Below are positions 1 to 12,073 of a stretch of DNA of 64,000 nt, in pieces (positions within the stretch are counted from its first letter, which is position 1; every line of letters begins with the position of its first letter). Position numbers and translations under genes: made by a program. Source of the DNA: Vicugna vicugna (taxonomy: Eukaryota); contig MU058824.1 in assembly GCA_013265495.1 (NCBI GenBank), positions 4,119,111 through 4,183,110 of the forward strand, in the 5' to 3' direction. The notes under the pieces were generated by a model. That model was not told where the DNA came from. It saw nothing but the letters and a program-made list of their open reading frames with translations, and made no database searches.

Positions 1-1099
1 CTGTATCTTTATCATTGTACCCCCAATGGCTAGCATTGCTCACGACTGTATAAATGAAAAGATCACACACCTCGTTAAGTGTCACGGTGGAATTTGAAAT
101 GTCTGTTGACAAGGGTTTATCCACGCTTCTCTCTCAAGGGGCCAGCCTATCACTGTAGCACTGTGCCTTGTCAAGTTGTAGCTCTCTCTGCTCAGTCCCC
201 AGTTGGCAGCTGCATGTGGGGAAAGGCTAAGGATAATACTTTATTGAAATGACTTAACTGTACCCTCACAGACATGGCTGTACTTAGAGACACTCCTAGT
301 ACATGATTGAGTTTGTTTTGCTCCTCTATGGCTTTGATATGAGAGTTAGAGAAACATGAAAGGAAAATATGTTCAATAACTAACATCAATCCAAGGAGAG
401 GAGGGTGGCCAAGGGGGTCATGAATCTGCAGAATTCTTCTCTCATAGGAAACTGTCAGCATAGCTCAATAGCATTTCCGCACCTCACAGTCTTTCCCTCT
501 GTCGGGACTAGGCCCAGCCGGGTTGGATGGTTTCCTGTAAGTCTTTTAACAACAAGGGCGTTTAAGTAAGAAAGAGGAAGAGAAAGTCAGAGAAAGGGGC
601 GAGGGGCCAAGGCTGAGCCAGGCTGGCTTCTGTTCATAATTCAAGATGGGTCTCTGGACTCAGAGAAGGCAGCACATCTCCATCTCTTTCGTTTCTGCTT
701 CTGCTACCCACTCTGGGTCCGCGGGGACTGATTAACTACTGAGGTACAGCCCAAGAAGGGAAGGGAGTTTCTTTCCTAAGTGTCTGAAAAGGAAAAACTT
801 TGAGGGAGAGGGAGGAGGAGAGGAGACTGTGGCTCCAGTGTGGGAGAGGTGGAGGAAGGAGGCCGAGGCGGCACAACCCATGGAATGGGAGCCCGTGGGC
901 GGGCGCGCTGGCGGGCAGAGGCTACCCTGGCCAAGCCCTCCGTACATTCGCGGGCGCCAACACAGGCGCCAGAGGTAGCCGCGCAGCGGACCCCAGGCGC
1001 AGCCGGGCCTGGGTCGCACGAGGCCTCGCCCCGGAGGCCCGGGGCGGCGCCCCAGGGGCGGGCCAGGGGCGGAGCAGCCCCCAGAGCTGGGCTCTCCCG

Positions 1100-1664
1100 G
1101 CGGACGGCCCTCAGCCTCCACGCCTGTGCGAGCGGCAGCAGCAGAGGATGCCCCACCGCGCCGCCCGCCCAGCCCGGGAGCCACGGCTGGCCGAGGAACC
1201 CGCCGCCCATTGGCGGCGGCGGCTCAGCGTCCCCGCCCTCTCGGCCTCCCCGCCCCCTCCGCCGCCGCCGCCGCTTCCCGGCTCCGCCTCCTTCCCCTCC
1301 GGGAGCCGCCTCCGTCGCCGCCACCGCCACTGCCGCTGCCGGCCGGGGCCCAGCCAGCCCCCGCCGCGCCGGAGTCGAGTCGCAGCCGGAGCCGCTGCCC
1401 GCGGCCCCGCCATGAGCGGAAGCGCCGCCGCCGCGGTCGCCGCCGCCGCCGCTTCAGCAGCTGCGGCCGCCGCGCACTTCCAGCCTCAGTCGTCGTCTCC
1501 CAGGCCGGGCCCCGCCGAGCTCGGGCCCCCGCGCCGCCCGCGCCCCCCACCGCCGCCGCCCCGGCCCGAGTCCGCTGCCGCCGGTCGCCTCAGCCCTCAG
1601 GGCCACGGGCCTCTCCGAGCGGGCGCCCAGGGTGGCGGCGCCTGCAGCCGAACGCCGGGAGCAG
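1100..1664 (+). other. Putative first exon (start approximate), ending at a splice donor
   Basis: GC-rich leader with (GCC)n tracts ends at CAG|GTACGG (1662-1670). It is followed by G-run-rich sequence typical of the start of a first intron. Confidence 0.65.
1412..1664 (+). CDS. Candidate ORF in exon 1 (MSGSAAAAVAAAAASAAAAAAHFQPQ...; 84 codons + 1 nt, open to the donor); uORF or low-complexity N-terminus
   Basis: ATG at 1412 in CCCGCCATGA context (purine at -3). No stop before the donor. The Ala/Pro-rich product has no recognisable domain. Confidence 0.3.
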
Positions 1665-1939
1665 GTACGGGGTCCAGGGAGCGGGCCAGGCGGGGAGGGG
1701 CGTGGGTTGGTCCCGGGGTGGGGGGGCCCGGAGGCGTGTGGTCCAGCCGCCCGGCCCCGCGGAGGGGATGGAGCGTTGTCCGGGTCAGCTTTGTCCGGCC
1801 CCGGAGCCCCTGTGAGCTCTGCGTCCCCGCCGCGCCGAGCGGCTCACAAAGCGTTTTCCCACCGGGTGGGTAACCCCCTCCCCTAGGATGGGCAGGGCAG
1901 GACCTCTCTAGGTCTCCGCTGGGCGGAGGCTTATGGGGG

Positions 1940-2005
1940 GAAGTGACTTGCCCAAGGTCACATAGCCGGCGAGAGTCGTAGCCTGGCTGGGACCCAGGGT
2001 CACTC
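1940..2005 (-). mobile_element. MIR SINE core fragment
   Basis: AAGTGACTTGCCCAAGGTCACA is the conserved MIR core. Confidence 0.7.
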
Positions 2006-3424
2006 TGGGCGGGCGCGAGCCCCGAGCAGGGGAGTCTGGGAGGAGGAAGCGCCCCCAGCCCGGGAGAACCGAGGGAGATTGATCGCGGAGAAGCGGGCGC
2101 TAGGCCCCGGTCCCAGGCACGCCCACCCTGCGCGTTTTGGGCTGGCTTAGGAGAAAGAATCTCCTGCAGGCTGGGACCGAGGAGCGGGGGCTGCTTTGGG
2201 GGCGCGGTGGTGTCCTTGGGAGCCGATTTGGGAAACTGCAGGGGGAGAGACTCCTGTGAGGTTGTACTCTCTAGGAAGAGGGCTTTCTTGAGTGAGTGGG
2301 TCAGAGCTTTGGAAACTTCTCATCGCGGGGACCATTTCATCTCTGCCAGGCCACCTTCCTCACCACTGCACAGACCAAACCAATCCAGCTGGAATTAGTG
2401 TAAAGGAGGCCTGTCTGCTTTTGTGGAGACGCAGCCGTAAGGTGTCTTTTTCACGAAATGGCCCGAGTTTCGTTCACGCCCCAAACAAGTGGCTCTAGTA
2501 GAGGCATTTCTGCCACAGAAGACCGAAGGAGGTTTTCCCAGGTAGTCTGGACCTGTCACACTTGAGGACCCTCCAGAGAAAGAACAGTTATCCCAGACGT
2601 GAAGGGGGAAGGAAGTAAGAGGATTGGGACCCGCCTGCTTGGCGTGTAATAGGGCCATGTACCGCATGGGGTTCCCGTTTTTCTTTTGGGTGGGTGATTG
2701 GGTGGGTTGTTTTCACTGTGGATGCATCTTGGAAAGGGACTTGCGGTTCTAGAGGCCAGGGAGAGAGAGAGCAGTGTTTTAGGCAATGAAGAGGGCCCTG
2801 TGGAGCTAGAAAACAGAAGCTGTAGAATTAGGGGAAAGGAGAGGATATTTAGTCATTTTAGGGGAAGGAAGACGAAAGGGTTGCTGAAGGGAGGGGGACA
2901 GTGTCTACTGTAGAGGAAAAAATTGGGCTGTTTCAACATGAGGGAGCCAAAGGTAATGAATTTGAAAGGAGTCTGTTAGAGGTAGATGGTATCTTACAAG
3001 GTTGAGTAAAAGGTATTTGTCTGCAATCACTTCATATTCTTTGAGTAAAGACAGTTGTAAGCACTTTGAAGATAAATATTTTTGCTCGGTACTCCCCACC
3101 CCCATTCTCTCTTCCATTCTAAGGCTGTGGGTTCGTAGTATTGTCTTGGAAGTAAGGCTTGACAAAAGAGGGAAGGGAAAGACTAATTAGCAAATGCATT
3201 AATTAGGGCCCTTTGTCCTAGATGGTTCCTTGTTTAAGCCAGCTGTTTTCTTGCTGCCCTCCCATACCTCAGCTTTCCAGCTGTGGCGGCTGTTGGCAGG
3301 GTTCTTTGGGAGGAAGTGCCTTGATTCAGACAAGATGGATTAAATTTTATTAAAAAACTGAGAAACATATATTTGAGAGATATATATCTATATATATAAA
3401 AGCATGAGAACTTACCTGTCAAAG

Positions 3425-4210
3425 ACTTAAAATCAAGGAAATGCAAACCAAAACATCAATGAGATGCCATTTCACACTCACCAGATTAGCAAAAATTAAA
3501 TGTTGTGATAACCAAGTGTTAGTAAGGTTTTGGGGAAATCACTTTTTGTATACTGCTAGTGGGAATGCAAATGGATGCCACCACTCTGGAGAGTAGTATA
3601 GTGATGTCTAGTTGAAGGAGGGCAAACTAAACCTATGTACCTAAAATGTCCATTTCTGGCCATATACTCTAAGAAATCTTTGCACACTTGTCTAAGAAAA
3701 TAAGTACAAGAGTTCAAGAATATTCATTGCTGCTTAAATGTCCACCAACAGGGGAATACATAAATTGTTAGGCAGTTCCACACAATTGAATATTACAGCA
3801 TTGTGAAAAATAAACTATAGCCACATGCATTAAAATGGAATCTTACAAATATAATATGGAGTAGGGGAGAAAGTAACAGAAGAGAATGTTTCTACTTGCA
3901 TAAAATCATAAAAGGTGCAAAATAATATTGTCTGTATCTGTGTACGTACATAGTAATAGTATAAAAACATGCATGGTAACAACTAACACCAGATTCAGAG
4001 TAGTGGTTATCTCTGCCAAGAGTAGGTGAGGAATGGGATTGGTCAGGGGTACACAAAGGGCTTTAATTACATCTAGTATTCTATTATTTAAAAAAAACTG
4101 AATCAGATAATTGCAAATGAAGATTTGCTTATTTTGGATGTGGGGTACAGAGATATTGATTATATTATTTTAAATATTTTTCAGGTGTTTGAAATATTTC
4201 TCACATGTAA
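3425..4210 (+). mobile_element. Old L1 (L1ME-like) ORF2 end and 3' UTR
   Basis: Degenerate L1 motifs: GGAAATGCAAACCAAAAC..ATGAGATGCCATTTCACAC and CTGCTAGTGGGAATGCAAA. Confidence 0.7.
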
Positions 4211-4402
4211 AAAAGTTTCTTGTTTACAAAGCCCAGAGTTTTTAGTCCCATAATAATGAAACTAGCTACAAGCTCCAGCCTAGCACAGCCTGTTAAGCAT
4301 GCAGGCTGGTGATCCTTTTCTCACCCCTTTCTGACCTGCAAAGCCTAGTTTTGTGATGGATGACTTTTATTTTGGAACAGCTGATAGGCGTGGAGGATTT
4401 CC

Positions 4403-4570
4403 CAGTCTTTCTAAACTTCTAGTGGACCCAGGTCAGCAGTTTAAGCTTTGTCAAAATATAAGTGCTCCAGGACATTCTGATCTATCAGATACAGAGAGGG
4501 ACCCAGAAATCTGATTCTGAGCAAGTTCCCCAATAGATTATGATGCCCACTAACTGTTTGAGAACTACTG
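4403..4570. mobile_element. MER5-like hAT-Charlie relic
   Basis: Ends TTTGAGAACTACTG; internal CCCAGAAATCTG..AAGTTCCCC resembles MER5. Confidence 0.55.
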
Positions 4571-4865
4571 CCTTAGGTTTCTTATAACTCTGGGCTGTAT
4601 TCCTTTGCCCAGCCTAGCCCCCACGCTGCCTTCTGTTGTCCCTCCTGCATGACTGGGACTAATTTGGACCCATGTGATATTTAGCTCTTTTGTAGGGCAT
4701 AAAAGAATGGTAGAGTTGGAAGCCATTGAATGTTAAGCCCTTCATAATCCAGTTTGTCTTTTCCTCTTATTTTCATGCAGGTAGCTAAGGGGCCCACCAT
4801 CGACGAGGGTTGTTTATCAGGGTTTATAAACCTTAACCACTTGTCAGTATATATGGTTTTAATAG

Positions 4866-5149
4866 TTAGAACAGAAGCAAAGAAATGTCTGACTGAGAAG
4901 GAAAACTAGCAAATTGGAGAAAGTAAACCCCCAGAGGTAAATGCATGTGATCATACCTTTCTCTGCAGATGATAGTGATTGTTTTAGTGTTTTAGCTTAG
5001 AACATGTATTTGAAGTTCAGCTATTTGAACCTGTAGTCAAAGATTAGGGGCTTTAGAAACTACTGATTATCCCTCTAGGTGGAAGAGTTTTCTTCTCCCA
5101 AATTTGCTAGTTTTCCTTCTCTGCTAGACCTTTTTTGCTCTTGTCCTAA
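4866..5149. repeat. Imperfect inverted repeat, ~75-bp arms (MITE-like relic?)
   Basis: GAGAAGGAAAACTAGCAAATT (4895-4915) is the exact reverse complement of 5101-5121. Similarity extends over 4866-4937 vs 5072-5149. Confidence 0.85.
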
Positions 5150-6920
5150 TTGAATGAATTTATATTAACAAATGTGAGGATTTCTGATAATGAAATTTGT
5201 GAAATGCCTGTTTGTCTTTGGTGAGGTTCTTTTGGAAACCTACTTGGAGGTGCAGTGTTGCCCCAGGTACATTTTTGCAGGGCTGCTATATAGCTTGCAT
5301 CCAGCACAAGGGCACTTGTTTTGGTTAGCAAGTGGGAGTGGAAATCCATTTTGTGCCCCAGTTACCAAGATGAACACCTTGTGTGAAAGAAAATGTGTCC
5401 CCTTAGAAGGGGCACCCCTTTTTAATCCTCACAAAGGTGCTCTATGAAATAGCACGGCCCTGCGTCTTTGGAACTGTTGGTCCTGCTGTAACCTGACCAT
5501 ACTCACCATAGGCTCTGCCAAGAGAGATGGTTTGTGCTGGGCTTGGGGCTCCCAAAGAGTTATCTCCATGTGAACTTTTCATGGGAAGGGACCTACCCCT
5601 GGCTTTTCATCACCATGCTCAGTTGAACCGAAGAGTTCAGCTCAAAATTGTAAAATTTGTTATCGAGCTAGAGAAATATGTACAGACTAAACAGTTTGAA
5701 AAAATACCGTTATTTCTGACAAGAAGAGAAAAATCATTAAAAAGATAAGCATCTGACAAGTGAAGGAGAGAAAGTAGCTGTGCACCACATTTGCTCTTGC
5801 ATTTGTACAGTACTCACTTTGAGGGGGAATACGATATTATTTTTCTCTCCCTATTTCCCCTACATCAGCATTCCTGAATTTCTTAAGGCCTGAGGCTTTT
5901 TAGCCAATTTTGAAAATATTTACCCATTTGTATTTTCCATTAAGTGGTTGTTTATGCTTCCTGCTGTTTCATTTTTTTCTTGGAGGGAGGAAGGGGGAGT
6001 GCTGAACCAAGGACAAGGCTGGACTTCCTACTGCTTTTGCAAATAATGGCAGTGTGTTTTACAGAACAGTTGTCATGGAAGAGTGCTGTTCTGCGGGCTC
6101 AAGGGAGAGGTACAATTTGAAGTGGTTTCTGTTGGATTTTTTTTATTATTATTTTTAAACATGATTGAGGGTGATGGGTAGAGAGTTCCATTGTGCTATT
6201 TTGTGTTTTTGCTATTGTCTTGAAGGAATTTTTTTGAAGAAAACGTATGTAAACAAAAGCTGAGAATGTTTAATGAAAATGGTTGTGCCTACACAAGGAG
6301 AGTAAATAGTTCTTACCTATAGGCCTTACCCAAAGCAGTTTCATAGTGGGTTTTTTTTTTCCTGTTCTGTTTAAATGGATATTAGTGCTATTCTACAGAC
6401 TGCTTAGAACGAACAGTTAACCAGAGTGTTGTTGGGTAAGTGGAGGAGATTGATGGGATTATACTAGGGTTTATCAGTAGCTTCCTCCAGCCGAGATACG
6501 TAGAGCTGTCACTGCATTGTCTGCTTTTGTGAGAGAGATTTGTGGAGAGATTGTGAGTTTTAATATAACCTTCTGACCTTGATGAAAGAAGGGAAGAAGT
6601 GGTAAGAGAAGAAATACCTAAGTGGAAGAGACAGCAGCAAGCAATGAAGTCCTAGGACATTTTGTAGGGCTTCCAGGATGTTCCTTGAGTTGAGAGTTAC
6701 CTGTCTGTGTTCTGCTTCAGCACCTTTGATTTCAGTGTTTGTAGATGCTGCTCACTGATCTTCAGTTGAAACTTGTTTTACTGTCACAGAGCTGGAAGGT
6801 GAGCAGTTTTGAAGACAAGACTGAAGTAGCAGGGTATGGTAAACATAAAACAAGCATTCATTTCATAATCACTTTTGCAACTAGGAGGTGGGACTCTCAT
6901 AATTAACAAAAAGTGTTTTT

Positions 6921-7051
6921 GGTGGGAGGGTATAGCTCAAGTTGTAGAGCACACGCTTAGCATGCATGAGCTCCTGGGTTCAATCCACAGTACCTCCTCT
7001 AGGAATAAATAAATAGACCTAATTACCTCCCCCCACATAAACAAACAAACA
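6921..7051 (+). mobile_element. tRNA-derived SINE (Vic-1-like)
   Basis: A box TAGCTCAAGTTG, B box GGTTCAATCC, CCTAATTACCTCCCCC tail, (AAAC)n. TSD AACAAAAAGTG(T/C)TTTT at 6905-6920 and 7052-7067. Confidence 0.93.
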
Positions 7052-8032
7052 AACAAAAAGTGCTTTTCAGTTGGCTTTTAAGCTATCCTATTTTTAAAAA
7101 AATTTTAATAGATTTGTCTTCCTGTGCAGATTTTTGTTGATGTCTCAATACGTATTTGAGTGAGCACCTATTGCTGGTAATATCAGTACTAACGCTGATT
7201 CATTGGGGTGATAGCTTCACTGTCCAAGACTTCATTACCTGCAGTACTGAGCACAGTACAGAGGATGATGCTTCAGCTACTGCTTTCTCTTCTGCCTATT
7301 TTAATGCTTCCTTTTGCTCCCTGGCCTTCTGGGCTTGGTGGTGATCTGCCCATCTGTCAGGACAGGCCCTGTCCCTTCCTCTCCTTGTGGGAGGGGTGCA
7401 GAGGCTCTGCTGAACCTTTGGCCTGGGCACCCACAAGTAAAACCCCTTGAACAATATTGAGCCAGACCCGAGGGCCACCAGCGTGGCCCCATCTTCTCTT
7501 CCTTCGTTGCTGTCTGTGTTGCCACCACCCACCCTTTGCTGTGGAGCCTGGAAGGCACCCCCCTCGCCCCCAATCATACAGAGAGGCTTTGTGCTCTGAG
7601 GATGTTCTAAAGGCGAGATCACTATAATTATAATTCCCTAAGCACAACCAAGTAATGGGGGCAGGCAGGGTAAAGATGGTATCCAAGTACTTGTTGGTAG
7701 GGAGAAGTCAGGCGGGGATTAGAAATCATCTGGAGACAGTACCAAAATGGATAATGGAGCGTTGTTGGTAATGCTGACTGGAACGTGTTTAAGTGAATAC
7801 ATTTCAGGGTTTTAAATTCTAATACTTGCAAGATACTTGAAGCTTTAAAAAGCACAAGACAGCCGGAACTTTTTTTTCTAGTCTAAAATTGTAACTGCAA
7901 AGTACTTTAGAAGAAGGTATGTAGAAATCCAGGCCTACGTTGTTTATGTTTGTTTTGCCAGAATGATTGCCCAAGAAAGCCAAATACATAACTTGCTTAC
8001 TATCTAGGAGGTATTCTTACTAATCTGTTTCT

Positions 8033-8061
8033 TTTTTGTTTGTTTTGTTTTGTTTTGTTTT
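8033..8061. repeat. (GTTTT)n simple repeat
   Basis: Read directly from the sequence. Confidence 0.8.
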
Positions 8062-8629
8062 ATGTTTCTAAAAGTTAACACTGACTGACATTTTGGGAAG
8101 CTGATTTTCCCCTGCCACCACTAGGAAAAAAATCAATTTACCTGAGAATATGTGCTTAATAAACTTATGTCAACCATCCTGTCATGATGTGCTTCTAAGC
8201 TCTGTTGGCAATCAATCTTCGAGTGAACACTTTTTTTTTTAACTATGTTAACTGTTAGTATAGTGCTCTTACTAGTGTCTCAAACGAAATTTTTTCCTCT
8301 CCTCTTCTCCCCCCTCTCTCCCCTCCCCTCCCCTTCCCTTCTTTCTTTTCTTTTCAGAAATGCACCAAGCAATTGACTGCGAAGGTTATCTTTAGACTTT
8401 AGGATAGTGGACTCCAATTGTCCTCACTCAAGGTGAGGGGAAAGGAGTCCTTTTTGTTGCATTTAGCACTGATATCTGTGGTTGATGAAGCAGCCAGGTA
8501 GATAGTATATACACCACGGAAACCTACAGCTACTGTGAGCTGACCCTTCCTCTACTTGTCGGAGTCAGGTCAGGAGTTGTACCTTTATTTTTGTTGTCTA
8601 GCATGATTTTTTTTCCTGTTTGAAATCAA

Positions 8630-9250
8630 CCTTTTTTACTGACGAGTAAAATTGTGTATATTTATAAAGTGTGCAATGTGATGGTTTGATATTTGTATAC
8701 CTAGTGAAATGAAGACCACTATCAGGTTAATTAATACATGCATCACCTCACAGTTACTTTTTTTTAATGAGAATGCTTAAGATCTATTCTCAGCAAATTT
8801 TGAGAAACAGCAAGTACAATATTATTAGCTATAGTCACCATGCTGTATGTGAGAGCCTCAGAACTTATTTATCTTACAACTGAAAGCTTGTGCCCTTTGA
8901 CCAACATCTAGTTTCCTCCACTCCCCAGACCCTGGTAACCACAGTTCTACTCTGTTTCTATGAGTTTGACTTTTTAAATTAAAAGAATTGTTTCTTTTTT
9001 GAGTCTGCATATAAATGAGATATACACAGTATCTGTCCTTCTCTATTTGGCTTATTTCACTTAACATTATGTTCTCCAGTTTCATCCATGTTGTCACAAA
9101 TGGCAGGATTTCCTTCTAATGGTTGAATAGTATCACACTGTGTGAATATACGATGACGTCTTCGTCCATTCATTCATCAGACACTGAGGTTCTTTAGCTT
9201 AGCTCTTGTGAGTAATGCTGCAGTGAACATCGGAGTGCAGATATCTTGAG
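8630..9250 (-). mobile_element. L1MA-like 3' end
   Basis: ORF 8858..9097 (TTWMKLENIMLSEISQ..KD) is a typical L1 3' region translation. Typical reverse L1 3' UTR. Confidence 0.85.
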
Positions 9251-9286
9251 GAAATCTACCTTAAATTTATCTTCACATAAGAATAC

Positions 9287-9545
9287 GGGGAAAGAGGGTG
9301 GGAAGGGATAAATTTCGGAGTTTGAGATTTACAGATGTTAGCCACTGTATATAAAAACAGATTTTAAAAAGTTTCTTCTGTATAGCACAGGGAACTTGTG
9401 TTCAATATCTTATAATAGCCTTTAATGAAAACAATATGAAAATGAATATATGTATGCATATGCATGACTGGGACATTGTGCTGTGCATCAGAAATTAGAT
9501 ACATTGTAATTGACTATAGTTAAACAAAAATAAAATAAAACAAGA
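9287..9545 (+). mobile_element. 5'-truncated lineage L1 3' UTR with A-rich tail
   Basis: GGGATAAATT..GGAGTTTGAGATT..CTGTATAGCACAGGGAAC..ACATTGTAATTGACTATA plus A tail. Same family as the L1 end at 36526. Confidence 0.88.
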
Positions 9546-10199
9546 GCACACTGGTAAGAATCATTAAGTATTTAAAAAGTTATTAGAACACATAAATTTA
9601 TTTAACATGTTATGGTTTCACTTATTCTACTACTGTTTTGTCTCATAAACGTGAGTGCAATAAAATTCTAAAATTCAGGGGAAAAAAAATAATACTGGGG
9701 AGTCCATTACAAAGATATTGCCCAAGTAATCCTTGAAAAGACTGTACCAATTTGACAGCTAAGTTTTTAGGAGATTTTAAAATATGCAAGGATCCATTTT
9801 ATCTGCTTTTAATGAAGTCAGGTTGATTCCCGCCCCCCTCCCCCCACACTGTTTTAGGCAAATGTATTGATCAGCAGTGACATACGTTTTAGCTTAATTG
9901 TAAACTGTTATTTGGCAACTTTGTTTGCTTCATTTATCATATTTCTTTTCGGGATTAACCTCTGTTTACTTCACAGCTCTCTGGAGGCCACTAAAAGTAA
10001 TGATAAAACATTTTGAATGCCTACTATGTACCAGACACAGTGAAGGTTTCAGATATGATTCAGATATGCAACAGTTTAGCAGTAGACTCCTACAGTGTGT
10101 TAGCTGAATGAGTGAATTTTGGGGTCTGCTAACCCCTAATAGGAAGGCAGAGAACATCAAAATTGCACTAATGGTAGTGATATTGTATAACCATTTATA

Positions 10200-10460
10200 A
10201 TTAACATTGCTGAAGCACAGATCTAATCAGATCAAAAGTTTAAGTGGCTGCCTTCTAAGTAAAAGAAATATTTTTTGGTCTGGCATTCAAGGCCAGCATA
10301 ACTGAATCTTCATTATTCCAGTCTCTACTTTTCTTCATGAATATTCTCCAGGGAATTAGAATGCCCTGTTGTCCTATGTGCATCACTTCTTTCACCTCTG
10401 CTCCGTTGACTGTTACTTGAGCTTGGAATACCTGTCTTCCTTCAGTTTTTCCAAATCCTA
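10200..10460 (+). mobile_element. L2 fragment
   Basis: CTGGCATTCAAGGCC..CTTGGAATACCTGTCTTCC..CCAAATCCTAC resembles L2. Confidence 0.45.
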
Positions 10461-10480
10461 CTAATTTTTTAATGTCTAGA

Positions 10481-10730
10481 TAATAATGGTCACTTATTGT
10501 GTGCTGATTATGTGCAAGGCTCTGTTCTAAGTGGATTAATTCATTTACTTTTCACTACAGCCCTCTAAGATTGATGCTATTATTATCCCTTATTGTGCAG
10601 ATGAAGAAACTGGAGCATAGAGAGGTTAAGTTACTTACAAGAGATGATGCAGCTATTAAGAGTGTTATCTAGGATATGAACCCAAGTAGTCTTATTCCAG
10701 AGTCTGTATTTTTAGCCAACGTGTTTTACT
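10481..10730 (-). mobile_element. MIR SINE, near full length
   Basis: CAGATGAAGAAACTGGAGCATAGAGAGGTTAAGTTACTT core with MIR flanks. Confidence 0.85.
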
Positions 10731-12073
10731 GCATCTCACTTTATAGATAGCCTAAGCAAACATAGCAGTTGGTTTTGGTAACATAAGATTGAACTAAAGA
10801 GATTTCAGTGTTCAATTTTACCTTGTGTCTTCCTGAGAAATACACTTTTTTTTTTAAGTTCTGAATTTTTGTGTTAGGATTATTTAATTGATTTTCTTTT
10901 TAGTCATTCATTACTTCTTCATGTAATAAGAAGTAGGAGTACCTGCATCAGAGTGGGTTCACTTCAGATCAGATATATTTAAATTGCTTCTTGGAAAATC
11001 TCCCATGTTCTATGATTCTGAACATTGGTCTTAACTGAGTGCTTATTTGAGCACTTAAGCAGATACAAAACTTCCCCTGGAAAAATTTGGTCCCACTCAG
11101 AGGAACTTATGAATCCTACGTTTCTGTGGGTATGAAAATCCCTTTTCCCAAAATTAGCACAGGAATGGATGTTAGACTTCTTTTTAGCCTTCTTAATTTC
11201 CATAATAAACTATGATTTGTCACAAGCTAAAGCATAAACATATCCCTTTATTTAGTAGCATAGAATATGGATATTTCAGGCATCACTTTGAGAGTCTCGT
11301 GCTGTGTTGATGTTGTCTGACCCAGTAGATCATTTGAGGAAGATAATGTAACACAGAGGTTCCCAAAAGAACTACTTCAAACTTGGTTGGAATGATTGTT
11401 AAAAATTCTCTGTCTTTAGGTGGCCTAAAGTTGGAATCTGAGTTTGAGTAGATTTTTCTCAAGCACTTTTAGTATTTCTAATATTATTTTGTCCATGTTG
11501 CAGGCTTAATAGGCATTTGTGGGCCATCCATTTAGAAAATGTTCAATGGGAAAATGGGATTCTAAGGTCAAAACCAGGTACAGTAATAGACTTTTGGAAC
11601 ATGGTCTTTTTTTTTCAAGTTGTGCACTGCCAACTCAATCTTTTTCTTCTGCTTTGTTTACGGATACCTGTAAAGGAAAAATGAGTTTTCCGTCTTTCAA
11701 ATTACTAAGCAAAATGAGAATTAATTCATAGGAGGAAGATGGTCTTTCCATTCAGGCAGGATGAAAGCTGATTAAATCCAGATAACTCAGGAATTTCCAC
11801 CCATTTGCTGGTTTGCATTTCTTTGAGAACTTTAGCTTCAGAACATGTCTAAGAATTACAGTATTTTGGGGGCTCTAATTGAAGACATTATTATTACTGT
11901 CTTTACTGTGTATGAAGAATATGAATCATGAACTTTTCTGATTTAATTATCCAATGTTTCTATTAAAAACTGCATGTATTATTGAAATATATAACAGGAA
12001 TTACTATTCCATGATAATTTTGAGCTTTAATTTTGAATAAAAGCTACCATTTTGTGCTTAAAAACAACAGTGG

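Larger units (their letters stand above)
860..2230. promoter_or_regulatory. CpG island / main promoter of a + strand gene (tentatively the PAK1 5' region, unverified)
   Basis: Very high GC and CpG density against a CpG-depleted background. GC box CCCCGCCC at 1231-1238, reverse CCAAT (ATTGG) at 1209-1213, GCC/CCG runs, no obvious TATA box. Confidence 0.92.

Noticed and set aside
732..1886. Many long overlapping ORFs on both strands (up to 357 aa)
   Set aside because: Expected from stop-codon scarcity in a CpG island. Products are low-complexity Arg/Pro/Gly/Ala and most lack a true ATG start. Only the 1412 ATG was kept as a candidate.
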